From assembly GCA_038087875.1 (NCBI GenBank), contig CM075983.1, positions 13,392,001 to 13,456,000 of the forward strand: a stretch of 64,000 nucleotides of DNA. Direction: 5' to 3'. Made by a program: the position numbers and the translations under genes. Shown piece after piece: positions 58,907-64,000 of the stretch. The notes beneath the pieces are model-generated. The model had not been told where the DNA came from, made no database searches, and worked only from the letters and a program-made list of their open reading frames with translations. Positions within the stretch are counted from its first letter, which is position 1, and each line of letters begins with the position of its first letter. The stretch comes from Malacoraja senta. Lineage: Eukaryota.

Positions 58907-59867
58907 AACCATTTACTCCCTTCCAAATTTCTACGACTCCTTTAGAAATCTCATGAAAACTGAACGACCTCCAGAATGGTATTATTGCAGCGGAAGAACA
59001 GGTCTTTTGGTCACAGAGTTCATGCCAACCACCATGAAGTTTACTGACTGATCCCATTTTCTGCACTTGGCCAGTTGCCTTCCAAACATGGTTTTCCAAG
59101 TGCTAATCTAGATACCTCTTAAATATTGTGCGAGCACCTTCCTTTACCACTCCCCCAGGCAGTGCGTACCAGACTCATACCACTCTCTCCTTGAAAAAAA
59201 TATTCCTCCAGTCCCCTCCGGTCCTACCACTTGTCTTGAACTCTTGCCATCTGGTTATACACCTCAACTAAAGGGAAATGTTTCTCACTATCGACCCTAT
59301 CTATACCCCACATTATTTTAGCAAACTCAGAAAGATTATCCCTCTGCCTTCTCTTCAGGCTGCCTCGGTAAAGCAGACAATATAATCAAAGACTTGACGC
59401 ACCCCAACCATTCCTTCTTCACCCTGTTCTCATCGGGCAGAAGGTACAGGAGCTTGAAAGCGCACAGCGCCGGACTCAGCAGCAACACTTCCCCTCTGTT
59501 ATCAGGCTTCTGAACAGTCACAGCTAGGGAATTGTCCAATTCTACCTCATTGAGGACATTGGACTTTGTCTATGGAACTGATGCGCTACAATGCTGAGAA
59601 TTATATTCTGCATTCCGTATCTTACCCTTTGCTCTATCTACTATACTTTAAGATGTATATATTATACTTGAGGTTTTTTATGTACAGTTATCTACTCTGA
59701 TTGGATAGCATGCAAATCAAAGCTTTTCACTGTACCTCAGTACACGTGACAATAATAAATCTAAACCTAACCTTCCAAGTAAAACAAATCCAAGCAATAG
59801 AGTAAATAAAAATGAAATAAAAATGCATCATTCTGCCACTAATGACCATTCTCTTCACAAGGATTAA

Positions 59868-60195
59868 GAGGGTGACGCGGTAGAGCTGCTGCCTTAGAGC
59901 GCTTGCAGCGCCGGAGACCCCGGGTTCAATCCCGACTACAGGTGCTGTCTGTACGGAGTTTGCATGTTTGACCCTTGACCTCGTGGGTTTTCTCCGAGAT
60001 CTTCGGTTTCCTCCCACACGCCAAAATATGTACAGGTTTGTAGGTTGATCGTGCTTGGGTTTGTATACTTGGTATAAGTGTAAATTGTCCCTAGTGTGTG
60101 TAGGCTATTGTTAATGTAGCGGGAATAGCTGGTCGGTGCGGACACGGTGGGTCGAAGGGCCTGTATCTGTGCTGTATCTCTAAACTAAACTAAAC
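59868..60195 (+). mobile_element. HE1-like SINE (complete version of 1..155)
   Basis: Head at 59868. The 3' part matches the window start. Confidence 0.85.
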
Positions 60196-60524
60196 TTGAC
60201 CAGCAGCAGCAGCTGGGCAGCAAGACCGTTAGACATAAAGGTCTTCTCCCCATTCTTTACATTTAAGAATTAAAGATTCGTGGCCGTGAATAAGGCATTA
60301 GATATCAGCAGAAATAAGGTGAAGATGAGACATTTTCTATTATGACTTCCATTTGAATCACACCCCAACTGTGCCACTCCATGGTGGAATCATACCCCAC
60401 GCAGAGCCATATGCCAGTTGTGCTAGAATCCTGCAGAACCATAGTAAAATGAACCCATACTTCAACAGTTTTATGCTTTGTTAGTAGCACAACTTTGTGG
60501 AATAATACTCCAGCAAACCGTATC

Positions 60525-60710
60525 CCAGAAACCCCATACCTCATTCATATGACCCCAGCAGAGCTGTATCCCAGAAACCCCATGCCTCATTCATATGACC
60601 CCAGCAGAGCTGTATCCCAGAAACCCCATGCCTCATTCATATGACCCCAGCAGAGCTGTATCCCAGAAACCCCATGCCTCATTCATATGACCCCAGCAGA
60701 GCTGTATACC
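60525..60710. repeat. 46-bp minisatellite, 4 units (duplicate-copy version)
   Basis: Units start at 60525, 60571, 60617 and 60663. Confidence 0.9.
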
Positions 60711-60884
60711 AATAGCAATACTACTACGCCACCAACTGCAAATTGACCCTTGTCTGTGTAGAACTTTACCTGGTAGTACTCTTTCCTACTAGACCTATGT
60801 TGTGGAACCATACATGCATGGTTCCATCTCACCAATAGCACCATATTCCATCTGCTTTTCGGGAGAACAAGAAATGCAGACCAG

Positions 60885-61310
60885 TTTTTTTTTTAAATTT
60901 CAAAATATACTTTATTTGAGAAATAAATATATACAATACATGATCCTTACAAAACTCCATCCGACATTCTCAGAGGCTATACATACATACAATACAGTTT
61001 CCCCAAATCACAATTTTATCCCCCACCCTTGCCACTCATGTGGCCCACTGGCGTGGAATCCCTTCTCTTATTTTGAGCGGCATCTCCACCACACCCTGCC
61101 CCCCATGTCCAGCAGCGGAAGGACCCTAGACTGTGGTCCTCCCCCACAGAGCCTTGGCGTTGGCTGCACCGAGCTTCAGTGCGTCCCTCAGCACGTACTC
61201 CTGCAGTCTGCAGCGGGCCAGTCGGCAACATTCCCCGACGGACATCTCGCTCCGCTGGGTGGTCAACAACGCTCGGGCAGACCAAAGAGCATCTTTCACC
61301 GAGTTGATGA
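60885..61310 (-). mobile_element. Tx1/L1-clade LINE 3' fragment (duplicate copy)
   Basis: Homologous to 756..1175. Retains INSVKDALWSAR-coding sequence that is partly deleted in copy 1. Confidence 0.7.
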
Positions 61311-62007
61311 CCTTCCAGCAGCACTCGATATCAGTCTCTGTGGTACAGCAATGGAAGTGCTTAATTTAATCTTATACCTGTGGCTGGGTGGCAGAAGTGA
61401 GCCAAGGTCCCTAGTCCTTTTCAACTCTTGAGACATGATGAGATTTTTATATAGTGTTGTATTATAGTGTTAGTAGTTTAATTGTGTAATATTATATAGT
61501 GCAGTATTATATAGGATTAGTAATTTCTGTGTGGTAATATATAGTGTGGTATTATACAGTGTTGGTAGTTTTTTGTGTAGCATTATACAGTGTAGTATTA
61601 TATAGTGTAAGTAGTTTTTTTTAATGTAATTGAGTAGTGTAGTATTATATAGTGTTACAATTGAGGCCTTAAGCATCTTCCAATTGCAGCAAAACCTCCC
61701 TATGTTTTAACTCCCGCCCCATTGATATACCAACAGTTTCAACTGGTATATTAATGAAAGTAGATAAAATTGGAAAAGGGACAAGTGTTTCATTGAAACT
61801 GAGACTCGGCCGTGACTACAAGTTTACAGTTAGTGAAAAGACTTGCATCCACACCCCGGAAAATGAAACGTGTATTTGTCATGGAGATCGAGGAATGATA
61901 AATGACTGCACCTGCCTTCCTTGCTCAGACGTCTGCAGAACCGATTGGGAACTCGAGCAACAGGAGACGTTCAAATCCACATATTTCATTGTTGCATTAA
62001 CACAAAG

Positions 62008-62056
62008 ATGTCAACACTCAAATTGCAATTGTTGGTGACTCTAATCACATTTTCAG
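62008..62056 (+). CDS. VSIG1: Second copy of VSIG1 exon 1 (gene continues beyond the window)
   Basis: Identical to 3492..3540 at offset 58516, with the same donor. Confidence 0.85.
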
Positions 62057-64000
62057 GTATGTACGCTCAATTGGTTTATTTCTGGTTTTGACCTGGATTA
62101 TGGAGAGGATAAAATCGGAATACTTGCATTTGACAAGTTATATCTGTGGCTGCTTGGTTTTCTCATTATGTAGGAAGATACTTATTTTGGTAGTGAGTAT
62201 CACTGTGTGGCAATGCCACATCCCTCAACGAGTGCAGTCAAATCTCTGTATCAGGCTGTATAGTTTTCGTATTTCTTAATCTTGTACGATTTACTTCTGT
62301 GTCCTCAAGACAACCAGCAATAATCAATAATTAAGATGACAATCTAGAATTAAATCATCAGAAATGGCAAATGCCTACCAGTTCTTCTTCAAATTATTTT
62401 ACCATTGGTGCCATGGGTCCAATTCCTCTTGATAACTTTCAAGTTACATTGATATAGTCCTGTACACAAGGACAAAGAGAGAAAATGGCCGTTCACATTA
62501 ACAGAGAGAGCTCAGCTCTAGTTTTTTGTGAAGACCGCCAATTTGCTTTTCCCATTTAGTGATCATGCTGTTCCCACACCATCTCTGGGATACCTCGAAC
62601 ACAATTCTGGTGTTTGGATAGCAACTTTGGAGATGATGTATAATTTGAATCAATGTCGAACATAAAGCAAACTGATGTGTGCTCCTAATACCTTTGCAAA
62701 TATTACCAAATGCTTTCATTCAGCTTTGCTAATTTCTTCCATAATTAGCCTTCCCTTAAAATATTCAATGAAGGGAAAGGATTTTTTTTTAGTTTGAAAA
62801 CTAATGTTAAAAGTAGACTAGCAACTAAACACATTTTAGGATTCCATTTGCAGTAGAAGGGTGTCTTATTTAAACAAAATTAATTTGCAAAATTCTTTTT
62901 AAACTATTTGTGTTTTAAATTTGATGACTATTATTTTTTTCTGTTTGCTCTAAATGATTTTATTTATAATCTATATTTTTATAATTTGCTATACATTGAC
63001 AAAACAACATGAATTTTCCTCAGAAAAACAAAAGTTGTCCCGATTTACAGTGAACATACCTATTACCTTACTCTCCATTTTAAATTTAGTTTATTTTCCT
63101 CTTATTTTTTGGGAGGCTATGAACAAATTTGCTTAACGCGTAAGACTGCATTAACAGTGTCCAGAGCCATTTCCAGGCCAGATTGAGGATAGGACCATTA
63201 TGTTCTTTCATTTTGTTTAAGGAAAAGTCTGTTTTCTAGTTACTGCCCATCTCTTTCGAGGTCTGGCCAAACAGAGGTAATTACAATGTAGGGAAATCAC
63301 AGGAGTTGTTGTATGAAGAAATTAGTATAAACCTCCAACCAGAGATGGGACAGTAGAGTATTAATTGTGAAAAAATAACTGCCACTTTTTCCCCCATGAA
63401 TTAATTAGCTTGTTCCAGCTGGTATTTTAGAATTTAATACTTATTGAGAAATTGAAATGAAAGACCAATCCCCATGACTGCAGGTTTGAAGATAATGGGG
63501 AGAAATAACCAGTGATTTGATGAGATTTTATCTTTTTCTATTAACTTATCAGAATGTGGGTGCAGCTACCTAGACCAGCTTTCATTAATTGTCCTGAGAA
63601 AATGTTATTGAATCATTCTTGAATTGGGCCAATCAGTATGGTTATGGTAAAAAAAACACCACACAAAGTGCTGGAATAACTCAAAGGGTTAGAACATGGA
63701 TCAGTGATCGGGACCTTTCTCAGACTAATTGCGGTGGGGGGAGGAGGGTGGGTGGGGGAAGAAAGCTTGAACAGAGGAGGGGAAGGAAAAAACCTAGTGA
63801 GTCATAGGTGGATACCATTGAGAGGCACTCTTGATAAGCTGATGGTTGGACATTGGCCAGAGATGAAAAGACAAAAGGTGTGAGATAAGGATGGTAGACG
63901 TGTGAATCGTGAAGCCAGAGGAAGGAATAGAGGTGGAAGGCGAGCGGGAAGGGGAGAAAGGTGCGAGTGCATGCTGGGCCCATGAAGGAGAGGGGGGTAA

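Larger units (their letters stand above)
60041..64000 (+). repeat. Direct near-identical copy of 1..5480 (without the Tc1)
   Basis: Position 1 matches 60041. After the Tc1 site the offset is a constant 58516. The ORF track repeats (3238/61754, 3572/62088, 3982/62498, 4438/62954, 5103/63619). Confidence 0.97.

Noticed and set aside
27725-60040. PSMD10 (usual VSIG1 neighbour) exons
   Set aside because: No ankyrin-repeat-like exon was recognised by eye on either strand. Short exons could have been missed.
485-60710. Minisatellites as CRISPR arrays
   Set aside because: Units are head-to-tail with no unique spacers, the context is eukaryotic, and there are no cas genes.

Overview
Vertebrate genomic DNA, most likely a batoid cartilaginous fish (skate or ray). 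This is inferred from dense HE1-type SINEs with (TTTAG)n tails and HER1/CR1-type LINEs. The window holds a complete 7-exon VSIG1 gene on the + strand (CDS 3492..27724, 354 aa, exon sizes and phases as in tetrapod VSIG1) and an intron-containing tRNA-Leu(CAA) gene antisense in VSIG1 intron 2. It also holds an intact single-exon FAM243/C21orf140 homologue (32068..32889) that reads as a catalytically dead, domesticated IS630/Tc1/mariner DDE domain. Sequence from 60041 to the end repeats 1..5480 in direct orientation, so a second VSIG1 promoter and exon 1 begin there. This is either a ~58.5-60 kb tandem duplication or an uncollapsed haplotype. A young full-length Tc1 (DD34E) sits about 400 bp upstream of the VSIG1 ATG in copy 1, and its empty TA site is visible in copy 2. 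The rest is repeat-rich: CR1, Rex1-like, RTE, Tx1-like, Vingi/RTEX-like and Penelope fragments, Penelope-tail elements with minimal hammerhead ribozyme motifs and fold-back structure, two TIR elements, a solo LTR and a teleost-like CORE-SINE. Family assignments come from recalled motifs, not database searches. Repeat boundaries are approximate unless a TSD is given.
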